Assembly (NCBI GenBank): GCA_951406725.2
Contig: OX597814.1
Coordinates: 161,324,001-161,388,000, forward strand
Direction: 5' to 3'
From: Octopus vulgaris
Lineage: Eukaryota
Length of the DNA stretch: 64,000 nt
Below the pieces are notes generated by a model, which was not told the DNA's origin, did not search any database, and saw only the letters and a list, made by a program, of their open reading frames with translations. Both the position numbers and the translations under genes were made by a program. The number at the start of each line of letters is the position of its first letter. Positions within the stretch are counted from its first letter, which is position 1. Below, in pieces: positions 25,351-41,328 of this stretch.

Positions 25351-25514
25351 CGACGGGCTTCTTTTCAGTTTCCGTCTACCAAATCCACTCACAAGGCTTT
25401 GGTTGGCTCGAGGCTATAGTAGAAGACACTTGCCCAAGGTGCCACACAGTGGGACTGAACCCAGAACCATGTGTTTGGTAAGCAAGCTACTTACCACACA
25501 GCCACTCCTGCACC
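25061..25514 (-). mobile_element. tRNA-derived SINE (family A, internal (TA)n/(CA)n tract)
   Basis: Head GGTGCAGGAGTGGCTGTGTGGTAAG...GGGTTCAGTCCC and tail GAAACAAGTAAAAGAGTA; closely similar to the copies at 56768 and 63400. Confidence 0.88.
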
Positions 25515-27181
25515 TATATACAAATTATAAAAATAATTTTAAAAATATACCGTACAGTACTGTTTCTACTTCGCAGATTTTCACCTATTGCGGGGGGTTT
25601 CGGAATGTAACACTTGTGACTACCATTTAATGTTAAATGCTGCTCTCAGAAGTTTTGCGTATGGTCCAGTTTTCTTTCCAGTGCCTTAGTTGGAGTCCAT
25701 GTAGTGCAATCATTTAAGAGCACAGTTTCTATTGTTGCTTGAAAGAAATTAATCTTAAGCTTTCTGTTTAGATTTGATTTCAAAATGGTGTCCATCTTTC
25801 ACAGTGCTGCCATGCTTTAGCTAAGCAAATTGTGATGTCCTTCTCACTTGTACCAACTCACGAGCCCAAATATAAGAAATCATTTACTTTTTGCAACTTT
25901 TATCCATTCATGTGAAGAAGTGTGGACCAGTGATAAGGGGATTGCACTTATGATTGCTAGATTGTGGTTTTGTTTCCCAAACTCAAACTGCTTCAGTGCT
26001 CTCAGCTGTAACCCGGTGACACACCTCATTTCACATTACTCCAGTGTACTCACCTGTAACTCTGCAACAGACTGGTTTCCTGTTAAGAGGGAATGTTGGC
26101 TTACCTATCTATCAAACGGGGTGGCATTATTCGAAAGCTAAAACAATTTGTGGAAACACATTGTGACTAACAGTGCATAACCACATCCGATATTCTGGTT
26201 ACAGTGAGACACAGTAAGACTATATAGTCTGAAGTAAAATAGAAATTGATTTATGCATTGAGATATTATTTAAACTTAGATTTTTTTGCATTCATAATGA
26301 ACATATGTGATGTGCTATCTTGTGTTAAATTATTGAAAACAAATCTTGCAATGGCTTTCATGAAGCATACTGAAAATGAAGAACATAAATTTGATATCTT
26401 TTGAATGAATGATCAGAAGAATTGTAGAAAGCAATTATAGAACCAAAATGTGAACACATGAAAAATGATATTAAAAGACAAGAGGACATACATATTTATG
26501 CATGCTTTCCAAAAGATAGATGAAATGTTTATCAAATCAACATCACTACAACTAATATGAATGGCAACTTGTTAACAGTTTACTAATGTCATTGAATAAT
26601 CAGTTGGATAAGTGAAATCTAGGTCATAGCTTAAGATTTGATTGTCACTGTTCCAATTTTTAATATCAACACACTTTTCATTTTTATCCTACCCTTATAC
26701 TTCAAAATTATTCTGTATAAGGCTGTCTTCTTCTTAGCATTTGTAGAAGGACTGCAATAGAAGAATGGTTTTAAAACTTTACTGCTCAGCCATGGTCCAG
26801 GGTTATCTGTTTTTTTTAGAGAAGATGAATGAATAAGAAAAGGCATTGAATAACTATCTGATTATAATGAGAGATATTCTTGAAGAATAAAACAGATTTT
26901 TAAAAATTGTTTACTTTCTTATTTATTTTTATGCAATTAAATTTTCACCTTGTATTGTAACATTTGATGTAAAGTTGCTCAAGGATGAAATTTATATTAT
27001 TTATGAAGTTTTCCAGTTTATAAAAAAATTTTAAACTATTGAATTTTTTCTTCTTTGCTCTGAAACTATTTTTTGTTTGCTTCGATAACTACAAAATATT
27101 TTTAGGCTATATCATTGGAGAAGAATTTAATCTTTATTTCTAATAGATTTTATTTTTTTTTTTTCTGTATTATCTGTAGAA

Positions 27182-27510
27182 TGAAGGTGCATGGCTCAGT
27201 GGTTTGAGCATCAAGCTTACGATCGCGAGGCTGTGAGTTTGATTCCCAGACCAGGCTGTGTGTTGTGTTCTTGATCAAGACACTTTATTTCATGTTGCTC
27301 CAGTTCACTCATCTATAGAAATGAGTTGTGGAATCACTGGTGCCAAGTTGTATTGACCTTTGCTTTTCTCTTGGATAACATTGGTGGTGTGGAGAGGAGA
27401 GGCTGGTATGCAACTGCTGGTCTTTCACCAACACCCTTGCTTGGACTTGTACCTAGGAGAGGAACTTTCTAAATGCAATCCCATGGTCATTCGTGACCAA
27501 AGGGGGTCTT
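27182..27510 (+). mobile_element. tRNA-derived SINE (family C)
   Basis: A box TGGCTCAGTGG and B box GAGTTTGATTCC, followed by TGTGTTGTGTTCTTGATCAAGACACTTTATTTC. Degraded inverse copies lie near 41800-41930 and 45080-45200. Confidence 0.75.
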
Positions 27511-28298
27511 TACTATTATTTGTACTAATGAGATTAAATAATTTATGAGGTATTTTAGTTGTATTATAAGTACTATTACTGTTTGAAATGTTCTCTATGT
27601 ATCTCAATATACGCATACTTTACCATAGATTATTTTAATGGAAACTTTTTATCTCAATTTTAAAAAGTTTCTAGATATTAATTATTAAAAATATGGTTAA
27701 ATATTTTTATCAACTATTATTAGTATGTTTTAAAACTTTAGTTAACAATTACATAGTATTATATGTTGGTAAGTATTTTTAATATTGCAGTTTTTACTTT
27801 CTTATTTATATTGTTGCATTGTGTTAATATTTTGTTGGGAATGCAGCCATTATCATTGTTTCTATCACCATTGTCCTTGATGTTGTTAAATTGCAATATA
27901 TTGTCATGTATTGATGGCTGAAGTTTTGAACCTTTAACTACTTTCTACATTTTCTTGCTTGCAATTTACATTTCATCTTTCCTGCTTATACTAATATTCA
28001 AATCATGTACCATTTAAAAATGATATATTTGATGTTTTCATATTTTGCTTGATATTGCTTACTGTATTGCTACTATCTTTTTGCCTTGTCTCTTTTTGGT
28101 TTAGATCTTACTAGGGTCAACTTTGCCTGTTATTTCTTTGAAGTCAATAATAAATATAAGTAACACACTAGTTTATATTAGGCCAGGATCAGTCCCATTA
28201 CTGGTGATGGAAACCTGCTACTAGTAATCAGGTAATCCAGTACTATTTGTCCATTGTCTAATGTTTGGCAACCAGACTGCACCCTTCCACCCTTTATT

Positions 28299-28512
28299 CT
28301 TTTCTACTCTAGGTACAAGATCCGAATTTTTGGGGGAGGAGGCCAGTCGATTAAATCGATCTCAGTATGCAACTGGTACTTAATTCATCGACGCCGAATG
28401 GATGAACGGCAAAGTCGACCTTGGTGAAACTTGAACTCAGAACGTAAAGACAGATGAAATACCACTAAGTATTTTGCCTGACGTGCTAACGTTTCTGCCA
28501 GTTTGCCACCTT
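28299..28512 (-). mobile_element. tRNA-derived SINE (family B) with 16-bp TSD
   Basis: CCTTCCACCCTTTATT at 28283-28298 and 28513-28528; body homologous to 19284-19501. Confidence 0.85.
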
Positions 28513-31500
28513 CCTTCCACCCTTTATTAGCTTACCCAGTATGGAGAGAGTGCGAGCATCCAATAAGATTAAAAAGCAAGGCTTGTCAAAGACAAATGAG
28601 CTCTTTGAGCCAACAGCAGCCATATCCTGTGGATGAGATGGATGCTACCAGGATTACTAAGTCCACTGAAATACTTTGATGGAAGTTAAGCAATATCTGA
28701 CTCTATACTGGACATAAAAGAGAGCTAAGACCAAGTAAAGTGGAAAGGATTGTTAAAAAAATTTCAGGTGCCCCTTGGTAGAAATTCTATGGGAATGACT
28801 TCACTTGAATATGCTAGCAATTATTTTTATTGACTCCCAGATGCATCTATAAATGATGACGTTGCACTCAACGAAACAATATTACACCAGCATTATAAAC
28901 CTATTAATTTCATGCTCATATGGAAAGTAATTGTCAAAATAAGAACTAAGGGCCTTAAAGAAATTTACCTCTGATTTTCTGGTCAAGAATATTTCATGAA
29001 TTTTGATTGCATTCTGTTATTAATAATGCTGTTTCTAACTTCTCATGGTCCAGTGTATTTTATGTGAGTGTTCAGAGCTTAAAGGAAATCTGATCCAGTA
29101 TCTATGTGCCTTATAATTGCAAGTCTAGCACCACTTTGCATTCATGTAAATAGATTATATATCATATAACAAGTTAAATTGAAGCTTAGTAACTTTATAT
29201 GACTGGGGATGATGAAATTAACTGAACATTACTTTACTGTATACTGTTCTCATCTACACAGATAATATCTTGTATCTTCAAACTAGTATAACATAATGAG
29301 ATCTAGTTTCATTTCACAATCTGTTTCAGAAATAAAGCCTCAGAAACTAATGTATTTCTTGCTATTTGTATTTAATGTTAAGAATGTTTGATATAAAGAA
29401 CATATTTTTTATCCTTTTAAAGGAATTACTTTTATTTGCTCCAATACTTTATAATTTATGAGAATATAGTCATTCTAGGACTAAAGATAATATTTTTATA
29501 TTCATAGTTTTCTTTCTTTTCGAGATAGTTTTTTCTCTATAGGAAAACAGAATATTGAAAAGTACCACCAACAACAATATATTCATGAACATATATATAT
29601 ATATATATATATATATCACAAAAAAGGGTCAAATGAATAAAAAATACTCTACCATTATGCTGATACAATGAATAAATTGGTTATTTGGGTACTGAAGCAT
29701 TGCAAATCTAATGTAATAGCTACATAGGTAGCTGCTAAGATATACTTGAGTAAATCTGTCAGAAGGAAGGGCTGGCTAGTTAACAATAAAACAATTAGAA
29801 TTACTGTACCTCTTTTTCGGATATATACAATCAAGTAGTAGGCAGTTTGCCAAATTTTGACCAAGCCCTTCTGAATGTTAGCATTCCTTTCTATATTTAA
29901 CATTGTTTGCAGGTCATAATTTCAAACATATAAAACTATTACAATAAAAATAACAATCAGACATGTACATGATTTCTAGAGTAGCAAATAATTATTTAAA
30001 TGTAGTGTGTGTGTATTTGTCAATTGATATGTATGCCTAGTTGATAGTAATTTTTGTGTTATTTGTAAAATACATTTGAAATTCAGTCTATAGTATTAGA
30101 TTTTTATCAAAATATTTGGTACCCTAGATTCCTCAAACGTTGGATTAATCATCATCATCATCCAGTGTTTTAAATCTGGGTTTTGTCCCCGTTAACAGGG
30201 GTGGCCGGATCTACCTCAATTTTTTGCTTTCTTCTATACTTTTACTCAGTTTGAAGTATAATTTGCAGTATCTTTCTCAGTAAATTTATGCAAATCACTG
30301 TACATATATATAAGAATTGTGTCTAGCTTTACTCTAAAACAATTTTGGTGTTACAAAAAAGAATATGTAAGGCTAACAACCAAAGAGTCCTAATTTTAAG
30401 TTGCTTCTCATTTAACTGTCATGCAGTTAAAACCTACTCATGCAGTCATTTGTGCTGTTAGTCCACACATAAAAGGGATAAAGGATGGCCAATATATGTC
30501 TTTGTAAAATCTTTTGTTTACTTAGTATGACCACTTAGAATAAAATACTCAAAGTATTATTATTGAGTATGAACATTTTGTTGGGTTCACCATTTTAATT
30601 ATGACACACACATACACACATAGGGATATATGTGTATATATATATATATATATATACATCTGGAGTGCTTCTTTTCATTCCATTTCAAGAGGGTTTTCTA
30701 TGAAATTGTCCTATTTGTATTTGGAAATTAACATGCTGTTTATATGGAACTGTGCTTAGGCACTTATATGATAAAAAATAAAGAAAGGTTAGAACACTAC
30801 AATTTCGTGGAAAATCCTGGATATATGCAAGGCTCTGCATAATTGGTGCCAAAAGATGCAATATATATTTAGCAGAGAAATATATTCTATATCACTTAAT
30901 GCCCAGTCTATATCTGCATGCGAATTGAAGTGGACATTTTTACTTATAAACTGCATTTGTAATAAAAAATACTCATAAATGCCATTGGTTACTTATCCGT
31001 CATTTTCATTACCATTCCTTCATATCATCCATGATTGCAGGTATATACTTGCATACTTATGTGAACCCTTGATATGATATAATTATATAGATCCTAATAA
31101 TGGACACTGTTACACATAATGAACACTACACACTTTTGAGCATTTTAATTATGTATGCAAACGATAATACATAATCTATATATATTAACTTTTGGTTACA
31201 TACCAATCTTCTATAAAAGTAAAGTCCAATCTTGGATCGCAAGAAGAAATTACCCATGCCTAAAGTTTTTATTTCCGCAGCTAAAAATAAGGTTACTAAA
31301 TTGCAACATTTTCATCTATGCTTTAACGAGCATGTAAGCATGTAAACAAAATATCAATAAAAATGTGTAAATATTGCTTATCTTCTGAAGAGAGTTAAAT
31401 AGAACATTAGTCAAAACTTGGCATTGCTTCAGTATGGCCATAACCATGATAAATATAAAGTAATGAAAAAAGGTGCTAAAACTTCTCAATATAAATTTAT

Positions 31501-31793
31501 ACTTAAAAGTAAATTTTTGGAATGTGTGTCAGTATACAGAACATAATTTTTTTATTAAATTCACTTTAGTTGGTATTGAATATTGACATATATCATAAAG
31601 TTGTCATTTGTTGGGTTTAAAATATTCTTTATTTTAATATTTGGGAAATTATTAGATACATATGTCTTGAATCGCCTTTGTTATCAATTTTTACTTCCCA
31701 TTTTATCATTTAGTAATTATAATTTTCTCTTGATATTTATTCCAGCTGAAATTTTTCAACTTTTATGTTTTTGTACTATATTTTCTTTTCTAG

Positions 31794-31920
31794 ACAAAGT
31801 TTGGCTGAAAAAGTAAAACTCTTCTCTTCTCCTAAAACATTAATCGAAAAAGCAAACCGTTCTGATGCTCCTGTTATTCGACGTAAAAATCGGAAAGTTG
31901 CTTCTCGCTTCAACACTCAG
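31794..31920 (+). CDS. SVIL: Supervillin-like exon, 127 nt (QSLAEKVKLFSSPK...RRKNRKVASRFNTQ), phase 2 to 0; absent from the ORF track
   Basis: TTTTCTTTTCTAG|A acceptor and CAG|GTATTT donor; the RFNTQ motif is completed by PVT at the start of exon 48807. Confidence 0.9.
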
Positions 31921-32159
31921 GTATTTAATATTTAAATTTGCTATTTTTGTTTCCCTTTTTTCAAAACAATTTTTTGATATTTTGATTTAAATTTTAAAAA
32001 GAAGCAATAACTAAGTATAATAAATGATACATGCTGGGGAAGGTATCTGCATTAGATTGTTTCCTTTATGTTTTATGGTTCTGATCATGTAGAAGTGCAA
32101 AAGTGTAGAAGAATAACAAGAGTGAGACAGATTCAGCAAATTTATGTTGTATTATTAAT

Positions 32160-32375
32160 CCAAAGGCTGTGAGCTGGCAGAATTGTAAGCACGCTGGACA
32201 AAATGCTTAGCAGTATTTTGTCCGTCCTTATGTTCTGAGTACAAATTTCGCTGAGGTCAACTTTGCCTTTCATCTTTTTTGGATTGATGAAAGTACCAGT
32301 TATGCACTGGAGCCAATGTAATTGACTAGCTCCCTCCCTCAAAATTTTAGGCCTTGTTTCTATAGTAGAAAGGAT
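32160..32375 (+). mobile_element. tRNA-derived SINE (family B)
   Basis: AAGGCTGTGAGCTGGCAGAATTG...TTCTGAGTACAAAT; flanked by an ATTATTAAT duplication. Confidence 0.78.
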
Positions 32376-33712
32376 TATTAATTCACTGGACTATGGTGAT
32401 CTAAAATAGGAGATAGAACCTATTGTCAGCTGGGTATCTGATGCCAGCAATTACATGCTTCATTCAAAAGCACTACATGGTTATAATTGAACTTGGGACT
32501 AACTTAGAGTAGCAACATTAGCTATTAATGTTTGTAGATTAGGTTCTTCCCTCAGATTCAGCATTGAACTAGCTTTAGGTTTTGTTGGGAAGAAGTTTAC
32601 TCTTTCAGCATTTAGACTGGTGATATCCAGCTCAAATATTCTACCTATTTTATGTCCAGATTCAACCTCCATGGCTATCCTACAATGTCATTCTAAAAAT
32701 AAGTAATCACAATATCAAAATCTCAAAGCTGCAAAACAATGCATCTTTAGTTCAAAACAGTGGGAATAAATAAGCATTATGTTAGACAGAGTAATCTGAA
32801 TTCTTGAGGATTTAAAGAAGTCAAAAGACTAACATTTAGCAAATCTCACACTCAATGGAAATATCAATGAAAAATTTCTTTTCATTTAAAATATTTAACA
32901 TATTTTGCCTATTCATTGTAATATTTATATTAATATTTAGATTATACACTTCTTTTTATATTCCTTGAATATTTATAAACATTTGTATTATAAATTTGTT
33001 CCCCTGTTGTACATAATTAGCACATATATTTGTTTACTTTCAATCTTTTGTACTGCATTGAAATTCAAAATTTTTTGTTATCCTTGGTACAAATGAAGAA
33101 AGGAGCACTGAACTAAATGCCTTATAGTATCTAGTGTCACCTCCCTATGTTCTAGGTTCACATCTTGCTAGGTTTTAGGTTTACTTTCAACCCTTTTTTG
33201 TTGATGTATTCAGCCCAAACAAAAGCATTTCTTTTACTTACCCAAATCTTAAAAAATTTATTTTAGCACATAAAAATTACTTTGGAGTGGTACTCCTTTC
33301 ACAAATAACTTGATCTGAAGTAAAATAATATATATATGTAAAAGGAAATTCCAGTTAACCATATAAAAACACTCAAATATTATTACATTCACTTACATTT
33401 ATTTCTTCATAGTGTCATATTGTTTGAAATATCAAAAGGTTTTGTCATCTTCTGCAAAATGATCACTGACACAGTTCATCTATATCACATAGAAAATTGT
33501 TTTATTATTGCAGGTTATTTGTGTGCGGTCAAATATGTAACTATGTATGTGTGTGTATGTTGTATATATAGGCATGTATGTATTTATATATGTACAATGT
33601 ATATATTCACATTTATGTGTATATATCTATATGCTTATATATGTATGTGCATATATGTATATGTGTTTGCATATGTGTGTGCATGTGTATGCATATAAAT
33701 GTATATTATCCA

Positions 33713-33763
<51 letters not shown>

Positions 33764-33926
33764 AGGAAGGTCCAACAGGATCTGATGAGTTAGAGGACTG
33801 CATTGCACATGATAAAGCAGACATTAGAGTCACATGCAGTTCTTCAGTATGTTGGATTCGAGGACCATCCAACCCATACCATCAAGGTGGAAGATGAATG
33901 TTAAATGATGATGGTGGTGACATATA

Positions 33927-35147
33927 TCAGGTTGAGTAAAAAATAAGCAACATTTTGAACCATGAAGAATTTGTACTGGATCTTTGCAGGGTTTTGAATT
34001 TAAAAAAAAAAATTTTTCTGAAGTTATCAGATAATACAGACATAGACTTGCCCAAATGCATCAATAAATTAACATTGATATTTTTCTCACTGTTGTTACA
34101 ATCATCTGAAATAGAACTGACAAAGCGCAATCTTTGAACAATTTTGCTATTCAACTTCAAAAAAGGGCATAAAGCAACTGAAACTGCTCACAATATCAAT
34201 GAAATATTTGGTGAGGAAATGCCCAATGAGTTATCAGCTCAAAAATGGTTTAAATGATTTTGCAGTGGAGACCTGAACCTTGAAGATCATGAGCATAGTG
34301 GATGCCCATCTGTCATTGATGATGTTCAGTTAAAGACGGTCATTGAGAAAGATTCATGTAAAACCACTTGAAAACTGGCAAAAGAACTTCAAGTTAGCCA
34401 GAAAACTGCCTACAATCATTTGCATGTGATCAGAAAATCAAAAAAGCTCGATAAATGGGTACCACATGATTTGAATGAAAATCAGAAAATGCGCAGATAT
34501 GAAATTTGCTTGTGACTTCTCCATAATCAGACCGTTCCATTTCTCGAATGTATTGTAACCTGCAATGAAAAGTGGATTCTGTGCAAACCCAAACACTTCA
34601 AAAAGAAGGTTATGGTGAGTGTTTGGTGATGTACTGCTGGATTCATCCACTATAACTTCTTAAAACCTGGAAAAAAACCATTACTGCAGAAACATATTGC
34701 TACGAAATTGTCAAAATGAACAAACAATTGCTACTTCGCTGTCCCAGAGGGGTCAACAGAAGAGGGCCAATAATTCTTCATGACAATGCTTGACCACACG
34801 TTTCGCTAATGACTCTCCAGAAATTGAGGGAACTTGGCTACAAGGTTCTTCCCTACACAGCTTATTCCCCAGACTTTTCTCCTACCGACGACCACTTTTT
34901 CAAGCATCATGATGCTTTCCTATGAGAGAAGGAGTTCAAAAATCAAACTGATGCTGAAAATGCATTTAAAGTGTTCATCAGCTCCAGAACTCCAGATATT
35001 TATGTTACTGGTATAAACAAACTTGTAACTCATTGGCAAAAATGTGTTGATTGTAATGGTACTTTGAGGAATAAAATTTCTGCATTGTTGAAATATATGG
35101 TGATGAATTTCATGTTTCAAAATGTTGCTTACTTTTTACTCATCCTG

Positions 35148-35148
<1 letters not shown>
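33927..35148 (+). mobile_element. Degenerate mariner transposon, family 2, copy 2
   Basis: Same TIRs and internal sequence as 1749-2990; WVPHDL, HDNA and AYSPD motifs; TA flanks. Confidence 0.92.
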
Positions 35149-35178
<30 letters not shown>

Positions 35179-35181
35179 TAC

Positions 35182-35232
<51 letters not shown>

Positions 35233-35274
35233 GCCAGCATATTAAAAAATACCTTTAAAGGTTAAATTTATAAA

Positions 35275-35740
35275 CAACTTATAAACAAGGGCAAAATAAA
35301 AAAATTCTAATGCCAAATTTTTTTTCAAAAAAATGTTATCCCATATTAGATGTAAATTTAATAGTGTTCACTTCCGGACTCTCTCACTCTATGAGAGTTT
35401 CAGTTCGAATCGCTCATGTCTCGAGATGTGCTGGAGATTTTCTATTTTGGATATATTTGGGGTACTTAGGTCTGCTCATGACTTAGTGCTTGCTTCATTC
35501 GTGGGTATGAGTAAGTATTTCATTTATGTCTTACGTATTTATCGCTGAGGAGGAGAAAATTCTTATGAATTAACTCTGAAATTGGGACCAATACGATGAT
35601 AACGGAATTTTTTAGAAATTTCTGTTGGCTTACTTTGAGATACGAGTTTATAGTGATAAATTATATGGTTATTGACATTTTGTCTATTTTTGGCATATTT
35701 GGCATTAGAATTTTTTTCTTTTGCCCTTGTTTATAAATTG
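35275..35740. mobile_element. MITE-like element with ~43-bp inverted repeats
   Basis: CAACTTATAAACAAGGGCAAAATAAAAAAATTCTAATGCCAAA (35275-35317) pairs with TTTGGCATTAGAATTTTTTTCTTTTGCCCTTGTTTATAAATTG (35698-35740); the interior retains CpGs and is non-coding. Confidence 0.7.
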
Positions 35741-35753
35741 TATATATATACAC

Positions 35754-35827
<74 letters not shown>

Positions 35828-35847
35828 GATGTAACCATGAGTATGTA

Positions 35848-35890
<43 letters not shown>

Positions 35891-36148
35891 TGTCTGTTTC
35901 TGTAATGTAAAATTGTCAGGAAATTATTTGTCAGGCAGGAAATCTCTATATTATTTTTATTTATTTGTATAAAAATTTTCTTGTTTTTACAGATATAAAT
36001 CTGCTTAAGTTATTTCATTTTTGAAAATATACCTTGTATCACATTGTAACTTTACACATCTTAAAATTTCAGAAATTACTTTGTCGTATAATTTTACACA
36101 TCTTCACACAATATATTTATATATATGTATGTATGTATCTGTCTATCT

Positions 36149-36338
36149 GTTCTATATTTAAGAGATGAGGAATTATGTACTTTATTTACATTATTTACAT
36201 TTGATGGATATTTGTCCACATCTTGTTTGTTGTTAACACAATATTTTGGCTGATATACCCTCCTGCCTTCATCAGGTGTCTTGGGGAAATTTTGAACCTG
36301 GATTCTCATTCCTTGGGGAAATTTCAAACCTGAATTCC

Positions 36339-36391
<53 letters not shown>

Positions 36392-36750
36392 TCACTGCCT
36401 GGAATCAAACTCAGAATCTTGGGGTTAGTGGCCTGCACTCTTAACCATTACGCCATATACCCATGGGCAATTATGGAGTGAATTTTAGGGCTTATGAATT
36501 TAATATTTTCCTATTCTTCCTTAATATCAGTTCCCATATGTTATTCATATCTGCACTTGGTCTGCTTAGGGAGGTTGTTGTATCCTAGGATATGTGCTGC
36601 TTCTTTTAGTTTTTATATTTTCCAATGATGTTCTCTGTCTCTTATTTTAACTTCATCCCACGGGGGGAGGTGGTCTCTATTTTTCCATACATGATCACAG
36701 AGACCAACTCCCTCTGTGGGATGAAGTTAAAATAATAGACAGAGAACATC
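36149..36750 (-). mobile_element. Third Penelope-like terminal fragment with a short 5' fold-back
   Basis: Homologous to 21786-22260 (hammerhead motif, (AAT)n, tRNA-like head, GIY-YIG C-terminus); 36699-36750 is the inverse of 36627-36678. Confidence 0.85.
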
Positions 36751-37726
<976 letters not shown>

Positions 37727-38705
37727 GATTGATTGATTGATTGATTCCAGTTTCAGCTTATGAGCTGTGGCCAAACTGGGGCACCGCCATTTGGTGTTGC
37801 TACTTGGTTTCACTTCATGGAGGCTTTCTAGCAACTGCTATTTGGTGCATGAGAGAGTTCGATGCAGCTGCCCTCATCAGCCCCTCCTGCCGTGAAGTTG
37901 GTTCATCTGGGACACCTGACAGGAAGAGATCCAGCTCCATTTTAAAGACATCTGTATCCACCCCATGCAGGTCTCTCAGGTTCATCGGGAGGATATTGAA
38001 GAGCTGTGGGCCTCGGAAGCCCAGGCTATCACAGAATCTTGTCCTACATCTTGATGGCAAGTTTGGAGTCCTAGGCACCACGCAGTGGCGCCCAGTTCTG
38101 GCGTTCGCGTAACTCTCGATGCCAAAGTTCAGGACACTTCCCTCCAGGATCTTCCAGATGTATATTATGGCATATCTTTCCCGCCTACGCTCCAGGGAAT
38201 ATAATTTTAATCTCTTGAGTCTTTCCCAGTAGCTTACATTCTGCATAGAGGCTATCTTCTTCGTGTAGCTTCGTTGGATCGCCTCAAGTTCTGTGATCAA
38301 CTTGACACTGGATGGTGACCATAGCTGAGAGCAATAGTCAAAGTGACTTAGGACAAGTGTCTTCCAGAGGACCATCATGGTTTCTTGTTCTCTTGTTCTA
38401 AAGGTTCTAAGAATCCATCCAGCCAGCCGTCTGCATTTCATTGTCAGTTTAGCAACATGTACATGAAAGGTCGCGTCATCACTCATGTGAATACCCAGGT
38501 CACGCACTGATTGTGCCTCTGGGATTGCAATCCCTCTGGGTCCAGTGTATTCCTTGGGTATTGCATTCAGTTTTGCATGCTGATAGTATAAAGCTTGAAA
38601 CTTTTCAGCATTGAACTGCATGCTATTCTTTTCAGCCCACTTGTATATTTCGTCCAGCTCATATTGCAGGTGCCTAGTGTCTTCAGGGTTCTGTATTGCC
38701 TGTGA
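37727..38705 (-). mobile_element. CR1/L2-group LINE, 5'-truncated, with intact RT C-terminus, 3' stem-loop and (AATC)n tail
   Basis: About 295 stop-free codons ([53 protein letters not shown]); stop at 37815; hairpin 37747-37779; (GATT)5 at 37727-37746. Confidence 0.9.
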
Positions 38706-39985
<1,280 letters not shown>

Positions 39986-40048
39986 TCGGGGTGAGTATTG
40001 AAAATTATAAGCACCTGTGTATACCGTTTGGTGATGTAGGTGGTGGAG

Positions 40049-40228
40049 TAAATTGATCAAAATAAAAACATGATAAGGATTCAGCGGTATATGTTTCGGG
40101 CCTTTATTAGACAGATTTATAACAATGCATAATGTATGCCTGTGGCCACAGACATATTATGCATTGTTATAAATCTGTCTAATAAAGGCCCATATGTACC
40201 GCTGAATCCTTGCATTTTATTTTGATCA

Positions 40229-40233
<5 letters not shown>
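40049..40233. repeat. 185-nt fold-back palindrome
   Basis: 40098-40133 is the exact reverse complement of 40156-40191 (36 bp); outer stems of 15 and 19 bp; centre CTGTGG|CCACAG. Confidence 0.92.
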
Positions 40234-40264
<31 letters not shown>

Positions 40265-40287
40265 GTAAATATATGGCACAACGAAGT

Positions 40288-40337
<50 letters not shown>

Positions 40338-40367
40338 TATATATATACATATATATAAATATATATA

Positions 40368-40545
40368 TAGGGACAGTTTACGAAAAAAACAAAAGGCGAA
40401 GACAGGTGGTGTACAAAACAAACAGATGTATTAGTATAATGCTCAGGAATAGAAAAAGTCTTTTACGTTTCGAGCCTACGCTCTTCTACAGAAAGGGACA
40501 CAAAAAACAAGGAGAGAAAAAATGTGTGTAGTGGCTAACAATCTA
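40368..40545 (-). mobile_element. Probable Penelope-like terminal-repeat relic with a hammerhead-like motif
   Basis: Minus strand reads CTTT-CTGTAGA-A-GAGC-GTAG-GCTC-GAAACGTA-AAAG; the relic is embedded between (TA)n tracts. Confidence 0.5.
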
Positions 40546-40663
40546 TATATATGTATACCTGAAGCTGAAAGTTTGACATCAGTGTGAGCCTCTTCATCAT
40601 GTATTGACGGCTCTTTTCTCATTTGTCAAACATTAATTATGTGTGTATGTGTGTGTGTATATA

Positions 40664-40986
40664 GGCACAGGTATAGCTGTGTGGTAAGAAGTTTGCTTTC
40701 CAACCCTATGATTCCTAATTCAGTTCTATTATGTAGCATCTTGGGCAAGTGTCTTCTACTATAGCCTAGAGCCAATCAAAACCTTGTGAGTGGGTTTGGC
40801 TGATGGAAACTGAAAGAAACCCATCTGTATTTGTACCCCACCATCATTTGCCTGTAATCTAGTAGTTCAGTAAAGGAATAAAGAAACTGATAGAATATGC
40901 ACCAGGTTTAAAAAATAGGTGCAGGGCTCAAGATAGCGCCTCAACATTGCTGCAATCTAATGACTGAAACAAGTAAAAGATAAAAG
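40664..40986 (+). mobile_element. Older tRNA-derived SINE (family A-related)
   Basis: GGCACAGGTATAGCTGTGTGGTAAG...TTGGGCAAGTGTCTTCTACTATAGCC...GACTGAAACAAGTAAAAGA. Confidence 0.8.
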
Positions 40987-41291
40987 CTATATATATATAT
41001 ATAGAGAGAGAGAGATAAATAGATAGATAAATATACATACATACATACATACATACATACATACATACTTAGATAAGTTTTGGCCAGTATTGGCCCAGGC
41101 CTGAGGAGATGTAAAATATTGCACCTGTTTAAAATTTTACCTGATGATGGTGGATTGTATATTACATAACCTATGAATGCAATAATAAAATTCTATTTTT
41201 GTAAATTTTAGAAGCTATTTGCATTTATATATATATGTGCACAAACACACACTCTTACATATATATGTATATGTGTGTGTGTATGCATATA

Positions 41292-41328
<37 letters not shown>

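Noticed and set aside
24959-25625. Tigger/Tc1-like element (TA-CAGTAATCCCTC...) interrupted by the SINE
   Set aside because: Only the left end is recognisable and no matching right TIR was found, so it was not called.
1749-35148. Two same-family mariners as ends of a composite transposon or segmental duplication
   Set aside because: Each has its own TIR pair and TA flanks, different flanking DNA and independent deletions, so they are separate insertions.
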